NCBI GenBank assembly: GCA_965216755.1
Contig: CBDCGL010000011.1
Location: 3,520,001 to 3,584,000 of the forward strand
Source: Alphaproteobacteria bacterium
GTDB taxonomy: Bacteria; Pseudomonadota; Alphaproteobacteria; UBA7887
DNA length: 64,000 nucleotides
Direction of reading: 5' to 3'
Made by a program: the position numbers and the translations under genes. How positions within the stretch are numbered: position 1 is the first letter of the stretch; every line of letters begins with the position of its first letter. Positions 48,825-60,228 of this stretch are shown piece by piece. A model generated the notes under the pieces. That model saw only the letters and a list, made by a program, of their open reading frames with translations, made no database searches and was not told the origin of the DNA.

Positions 48825-49762
48825 TGGCCGTTTTTGTGATCGCCGAACATGACAACGCCGAACTGAAACCGGCCACACTCAATACGGTCAGTGCGGCGGC
48901 GGAACTGGGCGGTGACATCGATGTCTTGGTGGCCGGCAAGGATTGCGGATCCGTCGCCGAACAGGCCGCCACGATCCAAGGCGTCGCGCGGGTGTTGGTC
49001 GCCGATGACGCCGCGCACGAACATCATCTGGCCGAAAATCTGGCGCCGTTGGTGGCCAGTTTGAGCGAGAACTACAGCCACGTGTTGGCACCAGCCGACA
49101 CGTTCGGCAAGAATTTCATGCCGCGCGCGGCGGCCTTGCGCGATCTGCAGCAGATTTCCGATATTGTCGAAGTGGTCGGGCCAGACACCTTTGTGCGCCC
49201 GATTTACGCGGGCAACGCCTTGGCTACAGTTCAATCATCGGACCCGTGCAAGATGATCACCGTTCGCACGACGGCGTTCAAAGCTGCCGATAGTGGTGGC
49301 GCGGCGTCCATCGAACCGTGCCAGGTGTCGGGGTCCGTAAGCGACGGCGCGCGCTTCGTCGGCCGTGAGTTGAGCAAGTCCGAGCGGCCGGAACTCACCG
49401 CGGCGCGCGTGATCGTGTCAGGCGGGCGGGGCATGCAGAGCGGCGAGAATTTCGCCCTTCTTGAGGCATTGGCAGACAAGCTCGGTGCTGCGGTCGGTGC
49501 GTCTCGCGCCGCCGTCGACGCCGGCTATGTGCCGAATGATTATCAAGTCGGCCAAACCGGCAAGATAGTCGCGCCGGAATTGTATATCGCGGTGGGCATA
49601 TCCGGTGCGATCCAGCACTTGGCCGGTATGAAAGACAGCAAGGTCATTGTTGCGATCAACAAGGATGAAGAGGCACCGATCTTCCAAGTCGCCGATTTCG
49701 GCATTGTCGGCGATCTGTTCAAGATCGTGCCCGAATTGACGGAAGCCTTGTCATCGGACTAA
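48824..49762 (+). CDS. etfA: electron transfer flavoprotein alpha subunit
   Basis: [28 protein letters not shown]. Confidence 0.96.
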   Translation: MAVFVIAEHDNAELKPATLNTVSAAAELGGDIDVLVAGKDCGSVAEQAATIQGVARVLVADDAAHEHHLAENLAPLVASLSENYSHVLAPADTFGKNFMPRAAALRDLQQISDIVEVVGPDTFVRPIYAGNALATVQSSDPCKMITVRTTAFKAADSGGAASIEPCQVSGSVSDGARFVGRELSKSERPELTAARVIVSGGRGMQSGENFALLEALADKLGAAVGASRAAVDAGYVPNDYQVGQTGKIVAPELYIAVGISGAIQHLAGMKDSKVIVAINKDEEAPIFQVADFGIVGDLFKIVPELTEALSSD

Positions 49763-49838
49763 GCCGAACACAGGTGCCTTAGAGAACCAACGGTATGAAT
49801 TGACCTTGCGCGAGCGGCCGGAGACAGGGAATCCTCTG

Positions 49839-50711
49839 ATGTTGCAGAAAATAGTCGTCATCGGTGCCGGACAAATGGGCGCGGGCATTGCCCATGTATG
49901 TGCCTTGGCCGGCCGCGATGTGACGTTGATCGATGTTGACGCCGGGCAGCTAGACAAAGCGCGCATGGTGATTGAAAAGAATCTCCAGCGCCAAGTGAGT
50001 CGCGGCTTGATCGATGAGGCGGCGCAGGCCGCGGCGTTGGGGCGCATCAACGCCGCGACGGAAATGGGCGCGGCTGCGGATGCCGATTTGGTGATCGAAG
50101 CGGCGACCGAAAATGAGGCGGTTAAGAAATCTATTTTCAAGGACGTGTGTAACGTCATCCGCGAAGACACGCTGATCGCCACCAATACCAGCTCGATTTC
50201 GGTGACGCGGCTGGCCGCGGCGACCGACCGCCCGGGCCGCTTCATGGGCATGCACTTCATGAACCCGGTGCCGATGATGAAGCTGGTCGAGTTGATCCGC
50301 GGCATCGCCACTGACGAAGATACCTTCCAGGAGATTCACGCGTTCACCAGCGATCTTGGCAAGACCCCGGTCAGCGCCGAAGATTTTCCCGCCTTTATCG
50401 TCAATCGCATTTTGCTGCCGATGATCAACGAGGCTATCTATACCTTGTATGAGGGTGTCGGCTCCGTCGTTGCCATCGACACGGCGATGAAACTGGGCGC
50501 CAATCATCCCATGGGGCCGCTGGAACTGGCGGATTTCATCGGTTTGGATACCTGCTTGGCCGTGATGCAAGTGTTGCATGACGGCCTCGCCGACAGCAAA
50601 TATCGGCCCTGCCCACTTTTGGTCAAATATGTCGAGGCGGGCTGGCTTGGGCGCAAGGCGGGGCGTGGCTTCTACGACTATGGCGGCGATACCCCGACGC
50701 CCACGCGATAG
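49839..50711 (+). CDS. hbd: 3-hydroxybutyryl-CoA dehydrogenase
   Basis: GAGQMG, TNTSS, HFMNPVP, FIVNR, HPMGPL. Confidence 0.92.
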   Translation: MLQKIVVIGAGQMGAGIAHVCALAGRDVTLIDVDAGQLDKARMVIEKNLQRQVSRGLIDEAAQAAALGRINAATEMGAAADADLVIEAATENEAVKKSIFKDVCNVIREDTLIATNTSSISVTRLAAATDRPGRFMGMHFMNPVPMMKLVELIRGIATDEDTFQEIHAFTSDLGKTPVSAEDFPAFIVNRILLPMINEAIYTLYEGVGSVVAIDTAMKLGANHPMGPLELADFIGLDTCLAVMQVLHDGLADSKYRPCPLLVKYVEAGWLGRKAGRGFYDYGGDTPTPTR

Positions 50712-50765
50712 CATTGGTCGGCGCCGCCGGCGCTAACCGAAACGACACAACACAGGACCATCGTC

Positions 50766-51362
50766 ATGCGTATCGCGTGTCTTGATTTGGAAGGCGTGCT
50801 GATCCCGGAAATCTGGATCGCGGTGGCTGCCCGGACTGGCATTGACGCCTTGCGCCAAACCACACGCGACAATCCGGACTATGACGATCTGATGCGATCG
50901 CGCCTTAATGCGATCAATCAGGCCGGGCTGACCATTCACGATATCCGCGATGTTGTCGCCGAAATGACGCCCCTAGACGGTGCGGTCGACTTTCTCAATG
51001 CGCTGCGATCGCATTATCAGGTGGCGATCCTGTCGGACACATTCTACGACATGGCGATGCCGTTGATCGCCCAACTCGGCCATCCGTTCCTATTGTGCCA
51101 CAACCTCGATATCGACGACGAGGGTGTGATCCGCGGCTATCGGCTGCGTCAAGGCGACCCCAAACGCCACGCCGTGAAAGCCCTTCAGTCGCTCAACTTC
51201 ACGGTCATCGCCGCAGGCGATTCGCACAATGATCTGAGTATGCTTTCGGAAGCCAACAAGGGCTTTTTGTTTTGCCCGCCGGATTCCATCGTCGAAGCCT
51301 TCCCGGATTTGCCGGTCACGCGCAGTTACGACGCATTGCTCAACGCGTTTGTGTTCGCGTAA
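50766..51362 (+). CDS. thrH: phosphoserine phosphatase/homoserine phosphotransferase
   Basis: [30 protein letters not shown]. Confidence 0.9.
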   Translation: MRIACLDLEGVLIPEIWIAVAARTGIDALRQTTRDNPDYDDLMRSRLNAINQAGLTIHDIRDVVAEMTPLDGAVDFLNALRSHYQVAILSDTFYDMAMPLIAQLGHPFLLCHNLDIDDEGVIRGYRLRQGDPKRHAVKALQSLNFTVIAAGDSHNDLSMLSEANKGFLFCPPDSIVEAFPDLPVTRSYDALLNAFVFA

Positions 51363-51991
51363 CGCGGCTGCGGCGCGGGGCCACCACGCGTTTGCGACCC
51401 GGTCGCGGCGATCAGCGCTTTGAAATATGACACCAGATGCGGCGAATCCCATTCGGCCGGGCCTTCCAGGCGTGCCCGCTCTCGGCCGTGTCGATCGATC
51501 AACACAGTGGTGGGCATGCCGCGCGCGGCGATAGCGCGTGCCACCGCCGCCTCTTTGTCGAGATAGACGGTGAGGTGGGTCAGACCGGCGTCACGCCAAA
51601 AGGGTTCGACCTCGGCCAATCCGCCCCGGTCTTGAGATATGGCGACGACGGCGAAATCGTCGCCACCCAGTGCTGCCTGCAGGCGATCTAATGATGGCAT
51701 TTCACGAAGACAGGGGGCACACCACGTCGCCCACAAATTGAGGACGACAATTTTGCCAAGGAAATCATCCGCGGACACAACTTGACCGGCGTCATTGGCA
51801 AAACGCAGCGGCGGTAGCGATGTCGGGCTTTCCGGCAGAATCCACGGCATTTCGGCCGGTGCCGCCACGCCGGCCCAAACGTCGCCGGACGGCGCTCTTG
51901 AACCATTGCGCCAGTCAGTGAAAATGACCGCCGCCGCGGCGACGGCCAAGGCCACCACGGCGGCGATCGTAATGCGAATTTTGTCTTTCAT
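51326..51991 (-). CDS. TlpA family thiol:disulfide oxidoreductase
   Basis: N-terminal [22 protein letters not shown]. Confidence 0.92.
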   Translation of the reverse strand: MKDKIRITIAAVVALAVAAAAVIFTDWRNGSRAPSGDVWAGVAAPAEMPWILPESPTSLPPLRFANDAGQVVSADDFLGKIVVLNLWATWCAPCLREMPSLDRLQAALGGDDFAVVAISQDRGGLAEVEPFWRDAGLTHLTVYLDKEAAVARAIAARGMPTTVLIDRHGRERARLEGPAEWDSPHLVSYFKALIAATGSQTRGGPAPQPRYANTNALSNAS

Positions 51992-52056
51992 GGGATACTG
52001 CTCTAAGTCGACACAGACGATGCCTGTGTCAGCGATGGAATTAAGGTGGAAAACGC

Positions 52057-53490
52057 GTGACCGAGAAGTCTCCTAAGAGCAAAGCGGGCAAGATGCAACA
52101 GGGCGCGGCCGCGCTGTGGGGCGCCCATTTCGATGGCGGCCAAGATGAGCTGATGATGCAAATCAACGCGTCGGTGGCGTTCGATCGACGTTTGTATGCG
52201 CAAGATATCGCTGGCTCAAGGGCGCACGCGGACATGCTTGCGGCGCAGGGCATTCTGTCCGCCGCCGATGCCGAGGCCATTCGCGACGGTTTGGCGAAGA
52301 TCAAGGATGAGATCGAGTCGGGCACGTTTTTCTTCGATCCGGCGTTGGAAGACGTTCATTTGAACATCGAAGCGCGTCTGACGGCATTGATCGGTGAGGC
52401 CGGCAAACGCCTTCATACCGCGCGATCGCGCAACGATCAGGTTGCGACCGATTTTCGCCTTTGGGTGCGGGCAGCGTGCGATCGTATCGACGGTGAACTG
52501 CACGCGGTTCAGCGCGCGTTGCTGACTCGGGCCGACGACCATGTCGACACGATCATGCCCGGTTTCACGCATTTGCAACCGGCGCAACCGGTCACGTTCG
52601 CCCATCATTTGTTGGCCTATGTGGAGATGTTTGGACGCGATCGGGGTCGTCTGGCCGATGCCCGTACGCGGCTCAATGAATGCCCTTTGGGCGCTGCCGC
52701 TTTGGCGGGCACGTCTTTTGCCATCGATCGTCAAGCGACGGCGGCGGCCCTTGGATTCGACCGGCCCTGCGCAAATTCGATCGATGCTGTCTCTGATCGT
52801 GACTTCGCGGTCGAAACTCTGGCCATGGCGGCATTGTGCGCGGGCCATCTGTCGCGCCTGGCGGAAGAGATTGTGATCTGGTCGACGCCGGCGTTTGGGT
52901 TCATGCGTCTGTCCGACGCCTACACCACCGGTTCGTCGATCATGCCGCAAAAACGCAATCCCGACGCCGCCGAGTTGGTGCGCGGCAAATCCGGACGCGT
53001 GGTTGGCGATCTGATTGCCCTTTTGACCACGCTCAAGGGGCTTGGCCTGGCCTACGCAAAGGACCTCCAAGAAGATAAAGAACCGGTGTTCGACGCGCTC
53101 GATACGCTGTCGCTGTGTTTACGGGCGATGGCGGGCATGGTTGATGACATGACGATCAATACGGCGCAAATGGCGGCCATGGCGGGCTCTGGCTATGCCA
53201 CCGCGACGGACTTGGCCGATTGGATGGTGCGCGAACTGGACATGCCGTTTCGCGAGGCGCACCAGGTGACCAGTCGCGTGGTCAAGTTGGCGGAGTCGCA
53301 AGGTGTTGCGCTCGACGGTCTCAGCCTCCAGGATCTGCAAGCGGTCGAACCGCGCATCACCGAAGACGCGCGGTCGGTATTGACGGTTGCGCAATCGGTG
53401 GCGAGCCGCACCAGCCTGGGGGGCACGGCGCCCGTGCGCGTGCGTGCCGCAATCGCTGCGGCCAGACAAAAATTTGGACTCGAAGCATGA
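52057..53490 (+). CDS. argH: argininosuccinate lyase
   Basis: [27 protein letters not shown]; start may be ATG 52093. Confidence 0.96.
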   Translation: MTEKSPKSKAGKMQQGAAALWGAHFDGGQDELMMQINASVAFDRRLYAQDIAGSRAHADMLAAQGILSAADAEAIRDGLAKIKDEIESGTFFFDPALEDVHLNIEARLTALIGEAGKRLHTARSRNDQVATDFRLWVRAACDRIDGELHAVQRALLTRADDHVDTIMPGFTHLQPAQPVTFAHHLLAYVEMFGRDRGRLADARTRLNECPLGAAALAGTSFAIDRQATAAALGFDRPCANSIDAVSDRDFAVETLAMAALCAGHLSRLAEEIVIWSTPAFGFMRLSDAYTTGSSIMPQKRNPDAAELVRGKSGRVVGDLIALLTTLKGLGLAYAKDLQEDKEPVFDALDTLSLCLRAMAGMVDDMTINTAQMAAMAGSGYATATDLADWMVRELDMPFREAHQVTSRVVKLAESQGVALDGLSLQDLQAVEPRITEDARSVLTVAQSVASRTSLGGTAPVRVRAAIAAARQKFGLEA

Positions 53491-53621
53491 ACACAGGCCG
53501 ATTCACGCGGATTTTCGTCATGATCGTGATCGCCGGCCTTGTCGCCGCCGGATGTGGCCGTAAGGGGCCGCCGGTGGCGCCGAGCGCCGAACCGGACGAG
53601 CAAGGCGAGCCGGCTCAATAG
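53487..53621 (+). CDS. small lipoprotein (LptM/LppL-like)
   Basis: Lipobox AAG-C followed by GRKGP; lies between argH and lysA. Confidence 0.8.
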   Translation: MNTGRFTRIFVMIVIAGLVAAGCGRKGPPVAPSAEPDEQGEPAQ

Positions 53622-53642
53622 AGGGCGCGGGCGGCACCACAT

Positions 53643-54962
53643 ATGGACCATTTCGTTTATCGCGACGGCACCCTGCATGCCGAGGACGTGGCCATTCCGG
53701 ATTTGGCCGCCGCCGTCGGCACGCCGTTCTACTGCTATGCCACGGCCACCCTGGTGCGCCACTACGAGGTTTTTTCGGGTTCGTTTGCGGATCTGGATCA
53801 CTTGGTCGCCTATTCGATCAAGGCCAACTCCAACCAAGCCGTGATCGCGACGTTGGCGCGACTTGGGGCCGGCGCCGATATCGTCTCCGAAGGCGAGTTG
53901 CGACGGGCGCGCGCGGCGGGCGTGCCGGCGGATCGTATTGTCTTTTCCGGCGTCGGCAAGACCCGCGACGAGATGGCGCTGGCGCTGAACGAAGGCGTGC
54001 TGCAGTTCAATATTGAATCTGAGGCGGAACTCGACGCCCTGAACGCGGTCGCCGCGCAGCTTGGGCGCCGCGCGCCGATCGCGGCGCGCATCAATCCAGA
54101 CGTCGACGCCGGAACCCACGACAAGATTTCGACAGGTCGCAAGGCGGACAAATTCGGCATCCCGTGGGCCCAGGCGCAAGCTATTTATGGCCGCGCAGCA
54201 TCCTTGCCGCACATCGTAGTCGCCGGCGTTGACGTCCATATCGGTTCGCAATTGACCGACCTGGCGCCGTTTCGCCGCGCATTTCAACGAGTCGCCGACT
54301 TGGTTCGGCGTTTGCGCGCCGACGGCCACGATATCCGCAATATTGACCTTGGCGGTGGTCTTGGTATCCCCTATGGCGCCGACCCCGATCCACCGGCTCC
54401 CACCGACTATGCGCGCGCGGTTGTCGATGAAGTCGGCCATATCGACTGTCGCTTGGTATTGGAGCCGGGTCGGCTCTTGGTTGGCAATGCCGGCTTGTTG
54501 GTGGCGCAGGTCGTCTATGTCAAGCAGACCGAGGGGCGGACTTTCGTGATCCTGGACGCGGCCATGAACGATCTGATTCGCCCGGCCATGTATGACGCTT
54601 GGCATGAGATTACGCCGGTGACGGAGCCGGCGCCGGATGCACCGCGCCAACCGGTTGACGTGGTCGGTCCGGTTTGCGAGTCCGCCGACCGGTTTGCAAC
54701 CGATAGGCCGCTGCCCGCTCTGTCCCCGGGGGACCTGGTCGCGTTTCGCTCGGCGGGGGCGTATGGTGCGGTGATGGCGTCGACCTACAATTCGCGCCTG
54801 CTGGTGCCGGAGGTGATGGTCAATGGCGATCAATTCGCGGTGGTGCGGCCGCGCGGTCACTACCAGGACTTGATTGCCCAAGACCCTTTGCCCGATTGGA
54901 TCAATCCGGCGGACATCCCATCTGCCGATGGCAGACGCGCACAGACGAAGGAGGCGAACTGA
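53643..54962 (+). CDS. lysA: diaminopimelate decarboxylase
   Basis: YSIKAN, KFG, HIGSQ, GGG, EPGR, GPVCESAD, GAYG. Confidence 0.96.
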   Translation: MDHFVYRDGTLHAEDVAIPDLAAAVGTPFYCYATATLVRHYEVFSGSFADLDHLVAYSIKANSNQAVIATLARLGAGADIVSEGELRRARAAGVPADRIVFSGVGKTRDEMALALNEGVLQFNIESEAELDALNAVAAQLGRRAPIAARINPDVDAGTHDKISTGRKADKFGIPWAQAQAIYGRAASLPHIVVAGVDVHIGSQLTDLAPFRRAFQRVADLVRRLRADGHDIRNIDLGGGLGIPYGADPDPPAPTDYARAVVDEVGHIDCRLVLEPGRLLVGNAGLLVAQVVYVKQTEGRTFVILDAAMNDLIRPAMYDAWHEITPVTEPAPDAPRQPVDVVGPVCESADRFATDRPLPALSPGDLVAFRSAGAYGAVMASTYNSRLLVPEVMVNGDQFAVVRPRGHYQDLIAQDPLPDWINPADIPSADGRRAQTKEAN

Positions 54963-57409
54963 TGGCCAGGCCGAATGGCGCAGCGGCCGATCATAAGCAG
55001 AATCGGTTGTTCGGGCGTCGCCTTTTCCTCAGTCGATTGGCGTTGGCGTGGGAGCGGTTGTGGCCGGCCTTGTGGCCTTTGCCGGCGATTGTCGGCGGTT
55101 TCATTGCCGCGTCTTTGTTCGGACTCTGGGCGCTGATCCCGGGCTGGCTGCATTTGCTCTGCTTGATCGCCGTCGGCGCTACCATTGTTGGCGTGCTGTG
55201 GCGGGCGCGGCGGCGGTTTCGGTTGCCGGACAGGGGTGCCGGCTTGCGCCGCTTGGAACGCACCGGCGGTGTCGGTCACCGACCGTTGACCGCGGTGATG
55301 GACCGCGTCGCCGGCAGTGTCTCAGGCGACCGTGCTGCCGCGTTATGGCGGGCACACCGCGCGCGCATGGCCGCCGCGGCAGCGAAATTGCGGGTGACTT
55401 GGCCGATAGCCGGCTTGGCCGCGCGTGACCCCTGGGCGATCCGGGCGCTGGTCGGCCTGCTGGTTTTTGTCGGTCTTGCTTTTGCCGGTGAGCGCGCGGG
55501 ACCACGATTGGCGGCCGCGTTCAACCCGCAATTGGGGGCCAAAATGGTCGTCGAACCGGGGCAATTGACCGCATGGCTGACGCCGCCCGCCTATACCGGG
55601 TTGCCGCCAATTTCGCTGACCGGATCCGCGCCGGCGATGTCGGTCGACACGGTCGCCGCTATGCCGCCGATCGCGGTTGCCCATGGCAGCAAGCTGATCG
55701 CCAAGGTTTCCGGCGGCGGCGGTCCGCCGGTTCTGGACATTGATCAAGTCGAGACCACGTTTGAGCCTGCCGGCGACGACAGCTTTGAAGTTGCGCGCGA
55801 GATTACCGCAAGTGGCAGTGTCGGCATCGCCCAGGGTGCGACCCGGCTCGGCGCCTGGCGCTTTGACGTGATTCCGGACCATCCACCGACTATGACGGTC
55901 AACGACACGCCCGAAAAGACCCGCAAGGGCGTGTTGCGCTTGGGTTACCAGGCCGAGGACGACTACGGTGTCGAGTCCGTGCGGTTGGAGCTGGCTCTAA
56001 CCGACGACCCACAAGCCGAGCCTCTGATCCTGCCCTTGCCGCTGTCGGCGAACAGCACGCGAGTGATTCGTGACGCGGCCTATCAAGATCTGACACCCCA
56101 TCCTTGGGCGGGCATGCCCGTGCGCTTGACTGGCATTGCCACCGACTTTGCCGGCCAACGTGGCACCACGCCGGTTGTTACCATGGTCCTGCCGGAGCGT
56201 CCGTTTGATCATCCGGTCGCGCGCGCGGTGATCGAACAGCGTCGGTCTCTGGCGCTGAATCGGGAGTCGCAAGCGGCGGTGCAAAGGGCGCTGGCGCGCA
56301 TTGCCGAACGGCCAGACGAATATGGCGACGACGTCGTTGCGTATCTTGCCTTGCGCAGCGCAGTCGCGCGTCTTGAATACCCAATGGAGGAACCACGACA
56401 ACAAAGTGTGGTCGATTTGTTGTGGGATGTGGCATTGCGCATCGAGGACGGGGCATTGTCGTTGGCCGAGCAAGAATTGCGCGCCGCCCAAGAAGCCCTG
56501 CGCGATGCGCTGGACGGCAACGCCAACAATCAAGAGATCGAAGAATTGATGGACCGGCTTGAACAAGCCATGTCCGACTATTTGGACCAGCTCGATCAGC
56601 GCGCGCAGGATAGCGAGTCTCAGCAAGCCGAAGAACCGCCGCCGGGCAGCGAACTCGGGCGCAACCGCGCTGACTTCGAGTCCATGCTCAACGACACCCG
56701 AGATATGGCGATGACAGGTGCCCGCGAGGCGGCCCGCCAAATGCTGTCGGAACTGCAAGAGATGTTGGAGAACATGCAGCCCGGGCAATCGACCAGCAAC
56801 CAAGGCGGGCAATCGGGCGACGAGCTGATGCAGCAACTCGAACAGATCGCCCGTGAGCAGGGCGAACTGCTGGAAGAGACGTTCAATCAGTCGCCGGTGG
56901 AAAGCCGCGAACGTCAGCAAGCCGAAGGCAATGGTCAGAATCGGGCCGACCGGCAAGAAGCGTTGCGTCGCGCCTTGGGCGACATCATGCGCGAACTTGG
57001 CGAACAAGGAATGGAAATTCCCGAGGCGTTGGGGCGGGCCGAACGACGCATGCGCGATGCGCGCGAAGCCTTGGAAGGTGGTCGCCCGGATCGCGCCGTA
57101 CGGCCCCAGTCGGAGGCCATGGAACAGCTGCGCGAGGGCGCCGACTCATTGGCGACGCAGTTTGCCGGGCAACAAGGCACGCAACCAGGCCATCGCCGAC
57201 GATCGGATCGGGATGACGAAAACCGGGATCCGCTGGGTCGCTTGCCGCCAGGTCAACAGGGTGATCCCGCCGGTTATGTGGCCATTCCCGACCAGGCTGA
57301 AATTCAGCGCAGCCGCGAGATCCTTGAGGAGCTTTATCGCCGCGCCGCTGAGAGTCGCCGGCCGAAACCGGAACGCGACTATATCGATCGCCTGTTGCGT
57401 TGGTACTAG
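54962..57409 (+). CDS. TIGR02302/DUF4175 family protein
   Basis: WERLWP, PPAYTG, DDYG, ALRIEDG, Gln/Glu-rich tail, DPLGR, YIDRLL. Confidence 0.88.
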   Translation: MARPNGAAADHKQNRLFGRRLFLSRLALAWERLWPALWPLPAIVGGFIAASLFGLWALIPGWLHLLCLIAVGATIVGVLWRARRRFRLPDRGAGLRRLERTGGVGHRPLTAVMDRVAGSVSGDRAAALWRAHRARMAAAAAKLRVTWPIAGLAARDPWAIRALVGLLVFVGLAFAGERAGPRLAAAFNPQLGAKMVVEPGQLTAWLTPPAYTGLPPISLTGSAPAMSVDTVAAMPPIAVAHGSKLIAKVSGGGGPPVLDIDQVETTFEPAGDDSFEVAREITASGSVGIAQGATRLGAWRFDVIPDHPPTMTVNDTPEKTRKGVLRLGYQAEDDYGVESVRLELALTDDPQAEPLILPLPLSANSTRVIRDAAYQDLTPHPWAGMPVRLTGIATDFAGQRGTTPVVTMVLPERPFDHPVARAVIEQRRSLALNRESQAAVQRALARIAERPDEYGDDVVAYLALRSAVARLEYPMEEPRQQSVVDLLWDVALRIEDGALSLAEQELRAAQEALRDALDGNANNQEIEELMDRLEQAMSDYLDQLDQRAQDSESQQAEEPPPGSELGRNRADFESMLNDTRDMAMTGAREAARQMLSELQEMLENMQPGQSTSNQGGQSGDELMQQLEQIAREQGELLEETFNQSPVESRERQQAEGNGQNRADRQEALRRALGDIMRELGEQGMEIPEALGRAERRMRDAREALEGGRPDRAVRPQSEAMEQLREGADSLATQFAGQQGTQPGHRRRSDRDDENRDPLGRLPPGQQGDPAGYVAIPDQAEIQRSREILEELYRRAAESRRPKPERDYIDRLLRWY

Positions 57410-57480
57410 AGCAACCTTCGCCCAAAGGGACCGTTTGTGCGAAGATAAGTTGATCGATATCAGAGAGATAGAGCGTGACA
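57406..57480. repeat. TAGAGC-bounded intergenic palindrome (Bru-RS/RIME-like, degenerate)
   Basis: CTAGAGC at the stop codon, stem CTTCGCCCAAA/TTTGTGCGAAG, then AGAGATAGAGC. Confidence 0.45.
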
Positions 57481-57551
57481 CGCAATCGGATGTGCGGGCG
57501 AAAAGCGGTAGACGACCGGTTGACTGAATCGATTCAAGTCTGCGGGCCCAA

Positions 57552-58298
57552 TCAGGACGCGTGGTCGCCGACAAATGTCAGAAATGCGTCTGACGCTGCC
57601 GGTGGTGGCGCTGGTACGGTTGTTTGAAACGACACGATCTCGTTGGGCAGTATACGCCGATCGGTGGCTCTAAAAGTCCACGACGCCAGTTCCTGGTCAT
57701 TGGCCGAATGTAACGCGACGCGAATATGCGGCGCGTCACGGCCGCCCTCGCCGATGTTGATCAGATCGCCCTCGATCACCAGGATCGTGCCGTCGGGCGT
57801 GTCGCGCCATGTCGACCGCAGTTCGCGGATTTCCAAGCCTGCCCAAGGGTTTGCGGACATCAGGCCGACGGCGGCGTAAACGCGGCGCGTGGTCGGCCAC
57901 TGCTCGACGATGGTCGTGCGTGCCGCATAGAGAACGGCGCCGACCATCAGCAGCAGCATCGCCGCGGCCGCCCATGGAACCCAGCCCGGCGGTCCAAATC
58001 GATGAACCGCCGGCAGCCGCGCCGTCGCTTCAGCCGCCAGGGCCGCTGCCTGTGCGTCGCCGGCTTCGCCGTCGGGCGACGCCGCGCTGGCGGCTGGCAT
58101 GGCCGCCGCAGCCGAGGCCGCCATCGGGTCGCCGGCGGCTTGGTCGTCGTCTATAGACGCGGCCGTGGCTTCATTCTGCGGTGGCTCTTGGAACCAAACA
58201 TGGCCACAACCGCCACAGCGCACCTTGCGCCCACCCCCTTGTAAGGCGGCGTCGGGCACCAAAAAACGTGTCGCACAAGACGTACATTCCAGGATCAT
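57552..58298 (-). CDS. MJ0042-type zinc-ribbon/DUF3426 protein
   Basis: CTSC...VRCGGCGHVW, linker, TM, periplasmic domain. Confidence 0.88.
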   Translation of the reverse strand: MILECTSCATRFLVPDAALQGGGRKVRCGGCGHVWFQEPPQNEATAASIDDDQAAGDPMAASAAAAMPAASAASPDGEAGDAQAAALAAEATARLPAVHRFGPPGWVPWAAAAMLLLMVGAVLYAARTTIVEQWPTTRRVYAAVGLMSANPWAGLEIRELRSTWRDTPDGTILVIEGDLINIGEGGRDAPHIRVALHSANDQELASWTFRATDRRILPNEIVSFQTTVPAPPPAASDAFLTFVGDHAS

Positions 58299-58506
58299 TT
58301 ATCGCGCTCAGGTAACGGATAATGATGCTAAGCTATTCATCTTGCGGCCGTATGGCAAGTCTGCCGGTGACAATGCGACGATAACGATGCTGGACGCCGG
58401 CGCAGGTGCTGTGCGAATGTGCGGCCGAATATGCGCCAGATCATGTTTTTTGCGTCTATCGATCTTTGCTACAGGGCTTGCCGACGTCCAATCCGGAACC
58501 CAAACC

Positions 58507-59199
58507 ATGGAGCTCGGTCGCGTGGTCCGGTTTGAGAATGTCGGCATGCGTTATGGGTTGGGGCCGGAGATCCTGCACGACATCACGTTTACGCTGGAGC
58601 CCGGCTCGTTCCATTTCATGACTGGCCCCAGTGGCGCCGGCAAGTCGTCGTTGCTGCGTTTGATGTTTCTCGGCCACCGGCCGTCGCGCGGCTTGGTCAC
58701 CATGTTTGACAAAGATGTGACCGGGGCGGATCGACAGATCTTGATCGAACTGCGTCGACGGATTGGCGTTGTTTTTCAGGATTTCCGCTTGCTCGATCAT
58801 TTGACGGCGCGAGAAAATGTCGCGCTGCCGTTGCGCATGGCCGGCGCCCGCGAATCCGACATCGGCGACTCGGTCGATGAATTGTTGCGTTGGATCGGCT
58901 TGGCGGACAAATTGGATGCCCTGCCGCCGACCTTGTCTGGTGGTGAGAAGCAACGCCTGGCGATTGCGCGATCGGTCATTCGGCGTCCGAAACTGTTGCT
59001 GGCCGACGAGCCGACAGGCAATGTCGATCCGGACAACAGCTTGCGTCTGATGCGCCTGTTCGAAGAGCTGTACAAGATGGGCACAACCGTCGTCATTGCC
59101 ACCCACGACCAATGGATGGTCGATCGTTATGGTTATCCACTATTGCGTCTAGAAGGCGGCCATTTGTCGGCGGAAACGCGGCCGATTACGAGCCGATAG
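58507..59199 (+). CDS. ftsE: cell division ATP-binding protein FtsE
   Basis: GPSGAGKS, VFQDFRLL, LSGGEKQR, ADEPTGN. Confidence 0.93.
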   Translation: MELGRVVRFENVGMRYGLGPEILHDITFTLEPGSFHFMTGPSGAGKSSLLRLMFLGHRPSRGLVTMFDKDVTGADRQILIELRRRIGVVFQDFRLLDHLTARENVALPLRMAGARESDIGDSVDELLRWIGLADKLDALPPTLSGGEKQRLAIARSVIRRPKLLLADEPTGNVDPDNSLRLMRLFEELYKMGTTVVIATHDQWMVDRYGYPLLRLEGGHLSAETRPITSR

Positions 59200-59267
59200 G
59201 GCGACGCAAGGAACTTGCGGCGGAACGGTTTGCTCAATCATGATCGATCGAGCCTCACGTTGACTTG

Positions 59268-60143
59268 ATGAAATTTTGGCAACAGCGCACCGACTTGGCG
59301 CTCTACCGTGACGACACGACCCGCGCGTTGCCGTGGATGCTGGCGCTCAAGGTCTATTTCGCCGTTCTCGCGTTGGCCGCATTGATTGCCTTGCAAACCG
59401 CCGTTTCGCGGTGGCAGGGCGGCGCTTATGCGGTGATTACCGCGGAACTGCCGGCGACCACCAGCCAAGGCCAGATGGCCGAAGCAATGGCCCTTTTGGA
59501 AGGGACGCCCGGGGTGACCGGTGTCGCGCCGTTGACCGACGCTGACGTCATGGCTCTGTTGTCGCCGTGGCTGGGACCGTCTGATCTTGGTGGCGATTTG
59601 CCGCTGCCGCGCCTGATCGACGTGCAGCATGACCCCGCCGTTGCCGTCGATTGGCAACATGCGGAAAGTCAATTGGCCGGTGCGTTCCCTGGCGCCGCGA
59701 TTGATACGGGCATGACCTGGATCAACCGCTTGACCGAACTCGCCCGCTCGGTGCAATTGGTCGCCGCAGCCATGCTGATTTTGGTGGTTGCGGTCACCAT
59801 CGTCGCGATTTCGTTCGCGGCGCGCGCCGGCCTGGCGATTCACCGATCGACCATTGAATTGCTGCATTTGCTGGGCGCCGAGGATCGCTATATCGCGTCG
59901 CAATTTCAGCGCCACACACTCGGTTTCGTGATGCGCGGTGCGCTGATCGGTCTGATTTTTGCGGTGCTGACTTTGTTGTTGATTGGTATCGCCGCGGCGC
60001 GTTTGGACGCGCCCCTGCTACCATCTTTGGAATTGCAGGCGCTTGGGTGGACAAGCTTGATCATTTTGCCCTTTTTGATCACGCTTATTGCCCTGGTGAC
60101 GGCCCGGCTCACGGTCTTGCGAGCGCTCGCGCGTATGCCGTGA
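59268..60143 (+). CDS. ftsX: cell division permease FtsX
   Basis: LLSPWLG, LPLPRLIDV, LHLLGA; follows ftsE. Confidence 0.88.
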   Translation: MKFWQQRTDLALYRDDTTRALPWMLALKVYFAVLALAALIALQTAVSRWQGGAYAVITAELPATTSQGQMAEAMALLEGTPGVTGVAPLTDADVMALLSPWLGPSDLGGDLPLPRLIDVQHDPAVAVDWQHAESQLAGAFPGAAIDTGMTWINRLTELARSVQLVAAAMLILVVAVTIVAISFAARAGLAIHRSTIELLHLLGAEDRYIASQFQRHTLGFVMRGALIGLIFAVLTLLLIGIAAARLDAPLLPSLELQALGWTSLIILPFLITLIALVTARLTVLRALARMP

Positions 60144-60228
60144 ATGGGACCGCGCAGTACAGGCGCCATATTCCGGGCGGCGCCGGGTTGGGGGTTTGTC
60201 ATAGGATGACAGGACCGCGATTGACCCC

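Noticed and set aside
53193-54881. Long antisense ORFs (562 aa here; also 1171-2253, 3592-4833, 17286-18455, 30859-32076, 33775-34905)
   Set aside because: Shadow frames of well-supported genes, expected in high-GC DNA.
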